A stretch of DNA of 53,566 nt, filler included, from Jimgerdemannia flammicorona (lineage: Eukaryota): assembly GCA_003990765.1 (NCBI GenBank). It is 3 parts of 3 records of this genome, joined end to end, with 100 filler letters (N's around TTAATTAATTAA, not from the genome) between each part and the next. Parts side by side here need not be neighbours in the genome. Positions count along the whole stretch, not along the records: positions 35,782 to 53,566 come from RBNJ01002409.1; 2 more parts are not named here. One strand, 5' to 3'. Both the position numbers and the translations under genes were made by a program. Shown piece after piece: positions 35,890 through 50,045 of the stretch (its first letter is position 1; every line of letters begins with the position of its first letter). The notes below the pieces were generated by a model. That model saw only the letters and a list, made by a program, of their open reading frames with translations. It had not been told where the DNA came from and did not search any database.

Positions 35890-36588
35890 GCGTCCGGATA
35901 CGCCATGTTTGGTACTACCACTTTGCAAGAGGTGTGTTTGGCATCTCGCATCATCGAAAAAACAATATACACCCAAATCACAATTCTCACACCTTTTCCC
36001 ATCGGACTATCGCACCTCCGCATCACTGTACCAGATCACGCAAAACCTCGCCCACACCCCTGGTTTCGACCCCATCCTGAACAAGCTCGTCGTCTGGCTC
36101 ATCGCCGTCAACCCCATCGCCAAATATGCTCTCACACTCAACCCAATCAACCTTACCTGGGAGATTGACTTGCTCAGCTGGGACAGCCTCGAGGACTGGT
36201 GCAACTGCGGCCGCGGAAGGCGCACTGCGGTACGCGTCTTGGGCAGGTGCGCCATCAGCGCGCTTGTCGTCACCATTGCGACTATATTCCCCGGCTTCGA
36301 TAGGGTTATGGTGAGTTTGATCGCTGTTCAGGGTTTGGTAGTGGTTGGTCATTGTTGGAGAATTAAAACATGTCATGTCATTGTTCCCATACACAGTCCC
36401 TCCTTGGCGCATTCTACTCCTTCCTTTTCTCGGCCATCTTCCCGCTCGCTTGCCACCTACGCCTATTCGGCCACTCTATTCCTGCCACTCAGCGACTATT
36501 TGAATGGACCTTGATCATTGTCTCGTGCATAATGGCGCTGGGTGGTACTGTGTGGAGCTTCCTCCCACATAGCATTGTGACGAATTGA
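35890..36588 (+). CDS. AVT1: 3' exons of an Aa_trans-family (vacuolar AVT1-like) amino-acid transporter; exons 35890-35931, 36035-36310, 36397-36588
   Basis: GT-AG introns join GYAMFGTTTLQE / ITQNL..WLIAVNPIAKYAL..FPGFDRVM / SLLGAFYSFLFSAIFP..GTVWSFLP*. Confidence 0.85.
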
Positions 36589-36856
36589 GCAATACTTGTA
36601 GCCCATTGAACCTTTTATAGAATGTGTCCAGATCAAGTGGAGTCGGAAACGAAACAAAATTGCGGTGGATCTGTTCAAATCGCTTCGCCCTCTCTTGCCT
36701 GGAATTATACTACTTCGGGGACAATAGTTAGATAAACTCCCCAAATTTGCCGGCCTTTTTCTTGGATATATAAAAATTTCCATCACTCTGTTTTGGTGAT
36801 AACCCCAAGCGTGTACCTACTGAATAGTGATGTTGTAATTAAATATATTGGATCAC

Positions 36857-37208
36857 CTTCGAAATCAGCCATATAAGTGGCGGCACCGCAGTTCAAAGCA
36901 TTGATGACCATCTTCCTATCGACGGGACCCGTGAACTCGACGCGCCTATCTTGAAGGCCGGGCGCGGGTTTGGCGGCCTTCCAGACGTCGTCGTTGCGGA
37001 TGAAGGCGGTTTCGGGCAAAAAGTCGGGGAGCTGGCCGCGGTCGAGCTCCTGCTGTCTGAGGACGCGGCGCTGGAGAAGAGCCTTGCGGGTCGGATTGAA
37101 GGCGCGCTGGAGAGTGGCGAGGAAGTGGAGGGTTTCTTTGGATAGGATCTCGTTCTGAGCGCCCTTGAGGGGGCCGAGGATGGTGACGCCAGGAATGGGA
37201 GACGACAT
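36857..37208 (-). CDS. MLS1: malate synthase, first exon only (~117 aa)
   Basis: [13 protein letters not shown](F)[20 protein letters not shown], followed by a GT donor at 36856. No further exons found before the convergent gene. Confidence 0.88.
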
Positions 37209-38129
37209 GTTTCTTTTTGTATGTGGGGTTAGGAGGGCGGAAAAAGTATTTCGGGTTAATTCAATGGACGAAGGGGATGGAGGTCAAGGAGGAAATGTCG
37301 GATGCATGCGACAAGGGCGCCTTTTCTATGATTAAATTTTTGGCTTCTCTCATAAAAAAAAAAAAAAAAAAAAAAAAAAATTAAAAATATTGGATTGGAC
37401 GGATTTTTCCCAAGCAGGAAATTTAAAAATAAAACCAAAAAGTAAGAGCATTAACGTTTAACATGATATTGGAATTAATACCAAAATAAGTATTACAGTA
37501 TCAACTAATATTTATTATTATAAGTAATTTACATTCTATCTAATTATATTTACATATAAATATAAAAATATATTATACAATAATATTTTCAAATATAGCT
37601 ATAAAAGAAACACATTATATTTAATAAATAATAACAATTTCTATAATTAAAAATACTGTTCTATTTTAATATGAATATATTTAAATATTATTTATAAATA
37701 TTATTTTTAACATATTGGTATTGTGAATAAGTAGAAAAGTATGAAGAAGAGCACTGTTTATTACTCCAGATAGGTTACATATATATTGAAATCAGTGATA
37801 TAATTAAGAGTGATATAGTCATATATAAGCTACATAAGTTACAAATTATCAAGATATAAATAATAAGAATTTCAATAAGATGATATATATATATAAATGT
37901 AAGAATATAATAAACTACAATAAACTAAGCAATAACTACTAATTGACTATAAAAGAACTAAAATAATACTATCTATATACTTAAAATATAAGAAAACATA
38001 GTAAATATATAAGATGTAAATAGTCTCATTGGTGAAAAAACTCATATGTAGAGAAAATAAAATAGACTAGTAAATAACTGTAATATTTGAAGATTGCCTT
38101 GCTGGATATTAGAGTATAGGTAGAAATGC

Positions 38130-40077
38130 TCATTTCTTGAGTATATTGCTTAAATTTAGATTCTTAAAGAGCTTTAGTGAGTAAATCTGTAATTATATAC
38201 TTTATAAAAATATATTTTAAGTATATAGTCTTGTTCACTATATAATCTCTTATATAATGATACTGTACATCAATATATTTATTTTGGAATAATATACTGA
38301 GTTCTTTGCCATAGTAATTATAGATTAGTTGTTCTGATAAATAAGTATAGATATTTCTGAGAGAAACTGAGCTTCTTTAATAGTTAGTACAGTTAAATAG
38401 CTTTCTTTATTATAGTAAATAAAGCCTGATATTTATCCTGAGTAGAAGAGGTTACTATAGAAGACTGCTTATATATTTGCTATAAGATAGTAGATCTTTT
38501 GTCAATGTGAAAAAGGTATTTAGTTATAGATTAGTAATTATCTAAGTCTCTAGCATAATCAGTATTATATATATTAAATAGCTATATATTATTCTTGTTA
38601 TTACTTTTGCTCAATCTGTTAAGAATAAGTTTATAATATACTATTCTTTTAATATATCTAAAAATCCTCTTATATAAAAGCACTTTAATATAAATTATTA
38701 TGATAAGAAAAGTATTACACTATCTTATTTATAGTATATAATATATTAGGTCTCATTTTAAGTATTAAATATATAATAAAACTGATTATTTATCAATGGG
38801 GAATATTAGAGTAATTTAATTAGTCTCAGACTTTCTTAACTTTATAGATATATTTATATAATTACTAATAAGCTTATATTCACTTACACAAAAATTATCT
38901 AAATATATATTACTTATAAGAGACTTATGATATATATGCTTCTATTATATATAATTAATATCTTTAATAGGAAGAATACATCATCTATATCTGTTATCTT
39001 AAACTTTAGATATAAGACTTATTTAACTCTATTAAGTCTGTTCTTACTAATAATTATAATTATGTTATTTATTTATATATTTATAAATACTATATCACTA
39101 TTATTATAATGTTAGATATATATATATATATATAATTATCAGTTCTGCAATATGAAAATCTACTATCAAAAAGATATTTATTATTTCTTTTATTTCAATC
39201 ATACTACTTATTAAATACTATATTATTTCTTATATAATCTATTTGATAGATTTCTAGATTATATAATATACTAATTACAAGAAGTATTCTTAATGAAGTA
39301 AATTTAAATATTAGATAAAAGATCTTATTATGGTTTATACTATAATCTTATAAGTATTTCTTAGTAATAAAATGAGCTTTATAGTATTTAACACTTTTAT
39401 TACTCTTATACTTAATTTAATAGACCCAACAGAATCTGATTGCTTGGTAATATACTATTTTCTATAAGTAAGTCATATTTTTCATAGCTTACTTTTATTT
39501 CTTACTATAAGAACTAGTTATAGCTTTATTATATATATATAGCTCACTAAAAGATATAATATATATATATTTATAAACTTTAGTATAGCTTATATAGTTC
39601 TTACTATATTATCTAAAAAGTCTTTAGTATATCCCAATAACTCCCTAATTCAGAATAAGTTTCTTGACTAATGTTAGAGTACTTTACTTTTATTTATCCT
39701 TTATAGATCTCTTATTATTAGAAACTTCATTATTATTATCTTTTATCACCATTATTCTTGGCTCAGATAACTCTGACTCAGATATATATAGTATTGAAAA
39801 TAATTTTAATTCACTACTGAAGAAGTGAATTATAGTTATATTTACTGAAATATAGAGAGTGGTTTGATTAATATTTCTATACAGATCTCATTATTCTCAC
39901 TTTTTCTCTAAACTTTATATTATATAAAATAACTATATACTATTTATATAAATTTTAGAGCCTATATACTTTGTTGAAATATTTAAGAAATATATACTTG
40001 CTAGCTTTTAACTTGAACTTATGTTAATGAGTATTACTTTTATCAAAGATATATATATTGTACTCAAATATATATAG
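38130..40077 (-). mobile_element. very decayed Ty1/copia pol (IN C-terminus, RT, RNase H)
   Basis: - strand AIRFCWVY*IK..VKYYKAHFITK..FTSLRILL..LEIYQID (copia RT), KFKITDIDD, KQSSIVTSST..YQAL and MAKNSVYYSK..IDVQYH (RNase H). Confidence 0.8.
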
Positions 40078-41623
40078 TGTAACAGTGACCTCAGAATGAT
40101 GTTATCAGCACAAGAGACAGCCTTTCCTTGCAAGCCACTATATCAGAGTATAAGAAGATCATATGGCATAACTCACCTAGGCTACATGATAAGCAATGAT
40201 GACCAACTGTGAGTCATTGGGACCACAATATAAACATCTTGAGGAATATAAAAGAAAGATCAAAGAACCACAATAGCAGCAACTCAACAAGACCCATTAA
40301 TCCCAAAATAGCTCAAAGACTTATCATAAATAAAATATCTGCTGCTTGCTAAACCTCAAGATCAAGAAACCACCAAGGCCTCTCAGTCCAGGAAAGGATG
40401 TTCCAAGACATCTAAAGAGTTATAAGAACCTACATTACAAAGACTCCTAGTATTAACCTGGGTACTGGTGACCCTTATCATTATATTCTCTATTACTGCA
40501 AAATGGAAACAAGAATCATCATTACTATCAAATGCCTTCAGATGTGGCAAGAATACGAAATAGGAAATCTCCTCTGCCAGGAATTCCCTCAAGCTAGTCC
40601 TCAAGAGCTACAAGATGCCACTCCCATAGATATATATGAAATAAGGATAGCCAAGAAGATTTATCAGATCTTCAGGTATGTACCATAGGAGTATCAGACT
40701 TTAGGGATCTGCTAGCCCATTGTATCAATGCACTAGAAGCCATGATAGCTACAGAGGACTAGTTCACTATTACCCTCAATAGTGATGAGATAGAAGAGTT
40801 CTGGTATCCCATCCTTCAGAACAACTCAGATCAGTTTCTGTAAGGATTAATCTCAGCATTCCAAGGCCCCAGCATACAGATTAGACCTCCTCAAGACCCC
40901 ACATTTGTTCCTTATTTTGTGGAAGATAATATCATAGATTAGAGAGCCCCTGCTGACTGAATATAATGATGTCATTGGTAATGACATCATCCTGCATGAT
41001 ATATACAAAATGTGCAACCTATACAACAAGATAGATGAAATATTTGTAGATCTCATCTCCTTTAGCAATGATGAGGATGAAGCCCCCATGGTTCTGAACA
41101 TCCTACTTTAAAGTTCTTAGTAACACTGAATTCTGCTAGCATTCTTTTCCCATGTAATAGCTAATCCTTTCACTGGCATTCTGATCTTGTATGACTCAGA
41201 ATTCTTCCAGCATCCTTTTCCTATATCACTGAATTCTACCAGTACTCTGAACTTGTATAACTATCTATACCAATACTGGAATCTGTACTGACAACTGTAG
41301 TTTTCTATGTTCCAGTATTTTATTTAGTTATTGAAATTTATATTTAGCTTTATATCTTAGCAACCATCAAATTATATTTTATATAAATACCCCTCTTATT
41401 TCCTTCAAAATAAAGTCAGTTCCTCTCAGTGCAATATATACAATTCTTTGCAAGTAATCTAAAGAGATAACAAGACAGTTTAAAGATAAGAAGTTTGAGA
41501 ACTATAAGACCTTGAGAAGGCACTCTAATAAGAACTTACTTATAACAAACTTGAGTTAGTCTAAGAGATATATCTTGAAGAGAATCTGATATATTTGAAG
41601 GACTCAGCAATCACTATGTGACA
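40078..41623 (+). repeat. 5' LTR of B with degenerate accessory ORF (40335-41111)
   Basis: TGTAACAG...TATGTGACA, containing METRIIITIKCLQMWQEYEIGNLL. Confidence 0.92.
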
Positions 41624-41743
41624 ACTTGGTACTTATTGGCTGGTGATTCAAGATGAATCCCTCACTTTTAAGCTGAAAAACAAACAATCATCATAACAAC
41701 TACCCTGACTACAAGAGTCACCTCTGCAAAAATTCAAGATAAG

Positions 41744-44700
41744 ATGGAAATATATCTCCCCACATTCTATAAATATACTACTGAAGAGTTAATCCTGATC
41801 TTCATTGAAGACTTTGAACAATTTGCTGCTATATGAGCTCTTAACATAGATGCCCAATTAGTCCTTCTACCAGTTAATCTCAGAGGATCTGCCAGAGATA
41901 AGTTCAATGTAGTCACTATTGCTGATACTGGTGCAGCCAGACTTGCCAACATGAAGACCTTCCTCAGAACTACATACTATACTGAAGAGATCAAGCAAGC
42001 TCTCAAGGATCAACTCAACATTATCTGCCAGAGACTCAGTGAAGATCCCAACTCATTCTATACCTGAATCTGCTATCAGATTGTCTTGGCTGGCTATAAT
42101 GACCACCTTAAGGAACAAATAGTAGATTCAACCTTCCTCAAAAGAGTTCACCCTGAAATTGCCCTAGCAATCCAGTCTACCCCAGCTACACTGACCCTTG
42201 ATCAGAAAGTGATCTTTGTACAGAGATATTGAACTGCCAGACACCCAACTGAACACTTGATGGAGAAAATAACTGGCATCAAAATAGAGATACCCACCAC
42301 AGTTGTAAACAGACAACTATCCCCACCTACCCCCAAGGCAGCCAAAGCTGACCTAGTGGAGGAACTTACCAAGCAGTTTGCTGAGATGACTGCACACCTT
42401 GGTGATATTGTTAGAGAAGTCTGAAGTACTAACAGGAGACCAGTACAGAGATTTGCAGCTGCTACAGAAGAATACAATATCATATACTTCAGATGTTGAG
42501 AAGAAGGCCACTATGCAAAGAGTTATATGACTGAAATAAGACACAAAGCCCAACCAAGTAATGCTACCAGAATCAGAGAACAAACCAATGCCATAGTCAT
42601 TGAGGAGATTGGTGACACTGATGATAAAGAATACTTCAAGGAGTCTGAATTCTACCCTGTTACTAAAGGTACCAGAACCCCATCCAAGCCCTATAACAAG
42701 AAGCCAACAGCAAGCCAGTTGGAAGACTGAAGAAGACTCCAGCTATCACTATTCAAAGCAAGACCCAACCCAAGGAGATTGATCAAGATATGGAGTTAGA
42801 TGAAGCTGCCTGCCAAATCATTGAAGGCACTACTCCAGTCTCAGGAGAAAGTGAAAGCAAGAAAGAACAGAAGCTGTACAAGACCAAGATCCACTAGTAT
42901 GATATCTACAAGGACCTCAAGGAACAGAATATCAATACTACTTTTGGACAACTAGCTGAAGTCCCTGCCTTCAGACAGTAGTTGAGAGTAAGACTTGTAA
43001 CTACTGTCAAGAACCAAGAATACAAGATTATAGAAGCTCACAATATACAAGAAGATTATCAAGAAGACTCAGGCAAAGAATCTGAAGATCAGCACAAAAC
43101 ATCAGCCTATACCCTATATCAGATTGAAGATTATATCTTTCATACCATCATTGATACTGGTGCTGGAGGATGCCTCATGAGCAAGAAGACAATTGACTGC
43201 CTAGGCTGGGATATTGAAGAGTCTATCAAGATGGTCTATATTACAACAGATAGTATACAAGCTACCCTCCTTAGCAAAATCTAAGAAGTCCCCATAAAGA
43301 TAAGAGGAGCTACTATTCCAGTAGATGTGATTGTTACAAGTACTACCAACTATGACATCCTCATTAGCAACCAATGGTTTTACAAGGCCAAGGCCATCAT
43401 TGACCTCAATGCCCAGAAGATACAGATCAATTATAGAGGAAGAAGATGAAGAGAATACCGAAGTCTTCATGCACTCAGTGAGAACAAGACATCCAAGCTC
43501 ATAGATGAGCAGTAATATAACAAGATTATTGATGGCTATGTCCCTCAAGGAAGATGCCCCCATGGTACTAAGATGTACTACTCTGAACATCTGAATAACT
43601 GCTGGTCCTATATCAGTGAAGTTAGGAAAATCTGCCAACAGAAGCATGAGCAAGAAGTTGCTGAAGTAAAAAGGAAAGCCAAAGAAGATGACCAGCCCCC
43701 AGAGCTTCAAGCTGACAGTGATGATGAGGAGGAACAAGAATCAGACATCATCCTCAAGGTCAAGAAGTTTTACCCTGAAGCCAAGATCTCAGAATACAAG
43801 ACTGAAGGAGCCATAGGAACAGACCTTGCCAGCATTCAAGATGCTACCCTCAAACTACAGACCACAACTCTACTTGGCATCAGAATTGGAGTCAAGTTGC
43901 TGGAGAACTATGTCAGAATTATCAAGACCAGGAGCAGTCTAGCCAAAAGCAAAATCTCAGTTAAAGGAGGAGTAATTGACCCTGATTATACTGGTGAGAT
44001 CTTCCTCATAGTTAGGAATCACAACCCCACCACCCCATTTGAAGTCAAGAAGCATGACAGGATTGGCCAGATGCTAATCCATGAAATCAAGAAGCCCCAG
44101 ATCACTGAAGCCATTGAACTCATCCAGACCAAGAGAGGAGAATAAGTCTTTGGACCTACTGGAAGAGGAGCCTATACTGCTACTAAGATTACTGAACTTG
44201 AGTATAAGAAAGACAAAGACCAGAACAAGTACACATATATCATTGGAGAAAACATTTCTCTAGATTAGGATCCTGCATCAGAACAAAGAAATACTTGTTA
44301 CAGACTTTAGAGATATCCACAATCAAGAACCCAAGTACTACTATAATGTTGATACCAGTGATATCAAGCCCATCTACCAGAATGCCAGATCTATACCACC
44401 TGTCTACAGAGAATGGCTGCAAGCAGAACTCAAGAAAATAGAAGAAGCTGGAATCATCAAGCAAGCTATCAGTCCCTGGGTGTCACTTATTGTCCTTGCC
44501 CTAAAGAAAGGAAGCAAGCCTGGAGAGTTTGCCTCAAGACTCTGCATTGACTACAGGAAGCTCAATGCAATTACAAAGAAGAATAGGCAGCCCTTGCCAA
44601 ATATTCAAGAAATTCTTACCCCTCTTGAAAGTGAAGCCAAATCCTACACCACCTTGGATCTGTTCTCAGGTTTCTATCAGATTAGTCTCACTCAAGATGC

Positions 44701-46896
44701 CAGTGAGAAATTAGTCTTCATTATACCTGATGCTGCCTAATCTACCTGCGAATACTATTTGGAATATACAATACTCCAGCAAGTTTTCAGTGAATGATGA
44801 ACAGAGTATTCAGCAATGAGATTGGAAAATGACTCTTTGTCTATATTGATGATGTGATAATCTTCAGCAATACTGTATAGAAATATGTCAACCATATACA
44901 GCTAGCCCTCAAGAAGCTCAAGAAGCATGGCCTCTACATCAAGCCCAAGAAGTACAAGTTTACAGCTCAGGAAATCGTCTACCTAGGACACCTCATCAAT
45001 CAGACCAGAATCCACTCAGACCCTATGAAGATTGAGGCTGTTGCAGCCTACCCAAGACCTAGAACAACTACAGAAGTCTAAGCCTTCCTTGGACTGGCCT
45101 CCTACTACAGAAGATTCATCAAAGGATACTCCAACATTGCAGCACTTATCTATGAGCTACTGAAGAAGGAGACCAAATTTGAATAGACCAAGAAATGCCA
45201 AGAAATCTTCAATAAACTCAAGACCAGGTTGACCCAAGCACCCATTCTCAGAAGATCAGATTAGAACCTAGAGTTCATCCTGCAGAGAGATATAAGTGCT
45301 ATAGAACTTAGAGCAGTCCTAGCTCAGAAGAAAGATGGACATGAATATGTCATCTTCTATATAAGTCAAGGTACCTATAGAGCAGAACAGAACTATGAGT
45401 CATACAAGCTTGAATACTTAGCAGTAGTTTGGACAGTAGACAAGTTTCACTACTACCTAGTCAGGAAACACTTCACTATTCAAACAGATCATTCTGCTCT
45501 TACCTGGCTATTCCATACTCTGAACCTCAAAGGAATATATACCAGATAGATCTACAGGCTGCAAGAGTATGACTGTACTATCAAGTACTACTCAGGAAGT
45601 ACTAATGCCAATACTGACACACTCTTAAGGATACTCCAAAACACCCCCATCAAGACTATTCAATATGAATAAAGAGTTATACTATGGATTAATCAGCTAC
45701 CTCAGGCAGTGGAAGATATCCAATCATCTTGAACTCTGGACAATCACTATTATCAATATAGTTTGAACAACACCATACTCAGAAAAAGAGGAAAGCTTAT
45801 AATACCAGAACATAAGAAGTATCAAGTAATGAAGAAAGTATATGAACAAGGATACCTAGGAGGAATCAATACATATGATAAGGTAAGAAGAACTATGTAG
45901 TGGTCCAAGATGGAAGAAGACTTGCACCAATTTGTCAAAGAGTATGATAAGTACCAAAAACAGAAACAAGATCAGCAAGACCAGGTACTTGGGTCATCAA
46001 GAATTGAGCCTATCCTCTTCCACCACATTGCAATGGATATCATTGGGCCACTACCAGTAATACTATCAGGAAACCACTATATTAGAGTTATTATAGTCCT
46101 CTTTACTAAATGAATAGAAGCAGGAGCATTACAAGAAGCCAATGCCCTCTCTATAGCTGACTTCCTGTATCAAGAAATCATCTGCCACTATAAGACACCA
46201 AAGAAAATCACTACAGACTGCAGTACGGAATCTGTCAATAGATTCTATGAGATAATATATTAGAAATACAAGATTTAGCATATCATGACCACTGCATACC
46301 ATCCTCAAGGAAATGGATAGATAGAGAGAACTAACAAGACCCTCAAGAACATCCTGGTGAGGATCTCAGACACATATGAGAATTGAGATAACTACCTCCC
46401 AACTGCCCTCTCTGCCCTATGAGATATATGGTTACAGAGTACATACTTTATCCTAAGAGAACTACTCTTTGGAGAAGAAGATTCCAATAGAACCTTAGTC
46501 ATAAATCTAGACCCAACTTGGAGACAGGTTGATTCAGAAATCTGAAGACTACACCAAATCAGGAAGAAGGCTGAAGATTACATCATCAAGTCATAAGTGC
46601 TGATAAGAAAGAATACAAAAAAGAACTACAAGACCCTAGAACCTATCCAAATTGGAGAAAAGGTCCTACTATATCAAAATATAGTAGAAGTCTCATAGTC
46701 ATAAAAACTGGAGCTCAAATAGGAAGGACCCTTCTATATACAAGATATCAAGGGAACTACCTTCTAGCTTAGAAAACTCGCAGAGACCATACTGCCTACC
46801 ATGGTATATAGGAACAGACTCAAGAAGTACTATGAACCTATATAAGAGAAGCAAAATGTGATAACTGCCCATGAGGTTCTAGTTTATGAATCATAA
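41744..46896 (+). pseudogene. pol: gag-pol of B (Gag, ZnK, PR, CPH module, dUTPase, RT, RH, IN)
   Basis: Colinear with A. IIDTGAGG, GGVIDPDYTG, LCIDYRKLN and YIDDV. ORF 43573-44145 links the CPH module and dUTPase in frame. Confidence 0.93.
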
Positions 46897-47208
46897 CAGC
46901 ATGTTCAATAACCAGTAGGCAAATCTGTCCACCATTCTCTAAGGGATATGGCACTAGCAACTACTTATCTGTGAGACTTTCAAAGCCAGAGGAGTTCAAA
47001 CTGTCAACTGATTGATCAAGATCAGAATCAGGCCCTTGCTCTATATAAAGGGAGCAACCCTTCACCATCGTACCAAAATATATAGAGAAGATACCAGTCC
47101 ATAAACACTACTTTTCAACCCCCTGCCAGAGTTTATGGGATCAGTAAATTTTTCAGAACTAGACTAATGAATAAGGATATTTAAGAGGATCTTTATTCAG
47201 GAGAAAGA

Positions 47209-49019
47209 TGTAACAGTGATCTCAGAATAATGATATCAGTATAAGAGACAGCCTTTCCTTATAAGCTACCAGATTAGAGTATAAGAAGATCATACAGTAT
47301 GACTCACCCAGGCTATAAGATGAGTAATGATGATCAACTGTGAGTCATTAGGACCACAATACAAATATCTTGAGAAATATAAAAGAAGGATCAAAGAACT
47401 GCAGTAGCAACAACTCAATAAGACTCATTAATCCTGAAATAGCTCAAAGACTTATCACAAACATAATTATCACAAACATAATGTCTGCTGCTCACCAAAC
47501 CTCAAGATCAAGAAACCACCAAGGCCCCTCAGTCCAGAAAAGGATGTTTCAAGACATCCAAAGAGCCATAAGGACCTATACTACAAGAACTCCTAGTGTC
47601 AATCTGAATACTGGTGATCCTTATCATTATATTCTCTATCACCATGAAATAGAAACAAGAATCACTATTGCTACCAAATATCTTCAGATGTGGTAAGAAT
47701 ATAAAATAGGAAACCTCCTCTACTAGAAATTCCCTCAAACCAGCCCTCAAGAGCTATAAGATGTCACTCCCATGGATATATGTGAAATAAGGACAGCTAA
47801 GAAGATTCATCAGACTTCAGGTATGTATTATGATTGATGCCCAACTTGGCAGCTCCTTTCTCCACTACCTTACTGGTCACAGGGTTTGGTAGGTGACCTT
47901 CCAAGTCCCCTTTCCCCTATTATTACCCTCTCTACCTCAGGTTGGTTTGCTGTGCCTGCAGGGGCATGGTGGGAGGAGGGCAATAGTGATGAGTTGCCCC
48001 TTTATTGGTGTCAGATCGGTGCTTCCTCCACTTTTTTGTGGATTCTGGTGCCTTTAGCTGTATCTGGGATATACCTGTTTTGGTGTGGCACCTTCTTCCT
48101 TTTGCTGTCACCAACAAGGAGTTGTCTTGGTGTGTCTCGGGCTATGTAGGGAGTCGGCCAATCTTGGGCATCAAGTGCTCAGTATAGGTTACCTGCAGGT
48201 TCTCAGTGCCTGTGGTGGGGCCCTCTAGCTTTGGTGAGCTTTCCGGCAAGCATGGTTCTGGTGTAGGTGACTGTTTTTCGGGTGTTGTTGGGATGGGAGG
48301 GGAGATGGCCATCACAGATAGGAGGAAGAGTGATAATGGTAAACCAGTAGGGTGCCAGGCTGGGGGTGGTCATCAGGGCTGAGGCAGGTGCTGCTTCAGT
48401 GGGGCCTTTTGATTAGTGTGGTATAGTTAGGTGGTAGGTGTCACTCTCAGCTTCTTTTGGCAGTTAGCGGGGTTGGGCTCCAGTCATTAGAGAGGGTTGG
48501 GGGGCCCAAGGCTATCCATTTCAGATGTCTTGGCTGCACTTAACTGAAACCAGAAGCTGATATGGCAACATGATCGAGGCCTGCAGGTGTGAGTAGTGGG
48601 GTATTGGGGGTTTCCTCCTGCCTTATGTGTAAGTCCTTTACTCACCTCGACTGGAAGAACCAGGCCCTACCCACCATATTGTACTTTGATGAGGGTTTTT
48701 CTTTGCCTGTCATTCTCTTTGGGGTGGCAGGGGCTATTCTATTCGGCTCGGGCATGGCCTTGTACATACGTTGGGTTCTCAGGCATGTGCTTTCGGTCGT
48801 TGGCATATGGTTGGGTTTCCCCTGGTAGTAGGGAGAGCATGGTGTGCAGAATGAGGTGTGGGCCAATATCAGCCCTGCTGCACCTGGCATAGTCAAGCTG
48901 CTGGACAATACATAGCTAGCCTAGATTAATGGGGGGACAGTGCTTGGTGAGTAGTGGGGGAGGGTTTTGGCCTATATAGTCTAGGTTCCCTTCCAATAAA
49001 AATCCGCGGGATATGAGTC

Positions 49020-49086
<67 letters not shown>

Positions 49087-50041
49087 TGCCCAACTTGGAG
49101 TATATCAGAGTCCCAGACTCAGGAATCTGTCAGCCTGTCATATCAATGCACTAGAAGCCATGGTAGCTACAGAGGTCCAGTTCACTATCACCCTCAATAG
49201 TGATGAGATAGAAGAGTTCTGGTATCCCATCCTTCAGAACAACTCAGATCAGTTTCTATAAGGATTGATCTCAGTATTCCAAGGCCCCAGCATCTAGGTT
49301 AGATCTCCCCAAGACTCCACATTTGTTTCTTATTTTGTAGAAGAGAATGTTATAGATTGGGGAGCCCCTATCACCACCAAACATGATGATATTATCAGTG
49401 ATGATATCATCATATAATATATGCAAAATGCATGACCTATATGATGAGATAGACAAAATGTTCACAGATCTCATCTCCTTCAGCAATGATGAGATTGAAG
49501 CCTCCATGGTTCTGAATATTCTGCTTTAAAGTTCTTAGTGAAACCAAATTCTGCCAGCATTCTCTTTCTATATAACAGCTAATTCTTCCACTGGTATTCT
49601 GATCTTATGTAACTCAGAATTCTTCCAGCATCCTTTTCCTGTACTATCAAATTCTACCAGTACTCTGAACTTATACAACTATCTATATCAACACTGGAAT
49701 CTATACTGACAACTATAGTTTTCTGTGTTTCAGTATTTTATTTGATTATTGGAATTTATATTTAGTATTATATCTTAGCAACTATCAAATTATATTTTGT
49801 ATAAATACCTCTCTTATTTCCTTCAAAATAAAGTCAGTTTCTCTTAGTGCAATATATACAATTCCTTGCAAGCAATCTAAAAAGATAACAAGACAGTTTA
49901 AAAATAAATAGTTTGAGGACTATAAGATCTTGGGAAGGCACTCTAATAAGAACTTACTTATAACAAACTTAAGTTAATCTAAGAGATACACCTTGAAGAG
50001 AATCTGATATATTTGAAGGACTTAGTAACTACTATATGATA
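47209..50041 (+). repeat. 3' LTR of B with accessory ORF (47481-49529) interrupted by a LINE fragment
   Basis: Matches 40078-41623 on both sides of the insertion. Confidence 0.92.
47850..49084 (+). mobile_element. 5'-truncated non-LTR retrotransposon with poly(A) and 14-bp TSD
   Basis: GATGCCCAACTTGG at 47836-47849 and 49085-49098. AATAAA at 48995 and A61 tail at 49024-49084. Confidence 0.92.
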
Positions 50042-50045
50042 ATAG

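Larger units (their letters stand above)
40078..50041 (+). mobile_element. Ty3/gypsy element 'B', same family as A, full length, 4-bp TSD ATAG
   Basis: LTRs at 40078-41623 and 47209-50041, PBS at 41627, PPT at 47199-47208. ATAG at 40074-40077 and 50042-50045. Confidence 0.95.

Noticed and set aside
37354..37380. A27 tract as a retroposon tail
   Set aside because: No TSD or element body was found. It is more likely a promoter-proximal poly(dA:dT) tract upstream of malate synthase.
49013..49261. Poly-lysine ORF
   Set aside because: It is the LINE poly(A) tail read into the interrupted LTR ORF.
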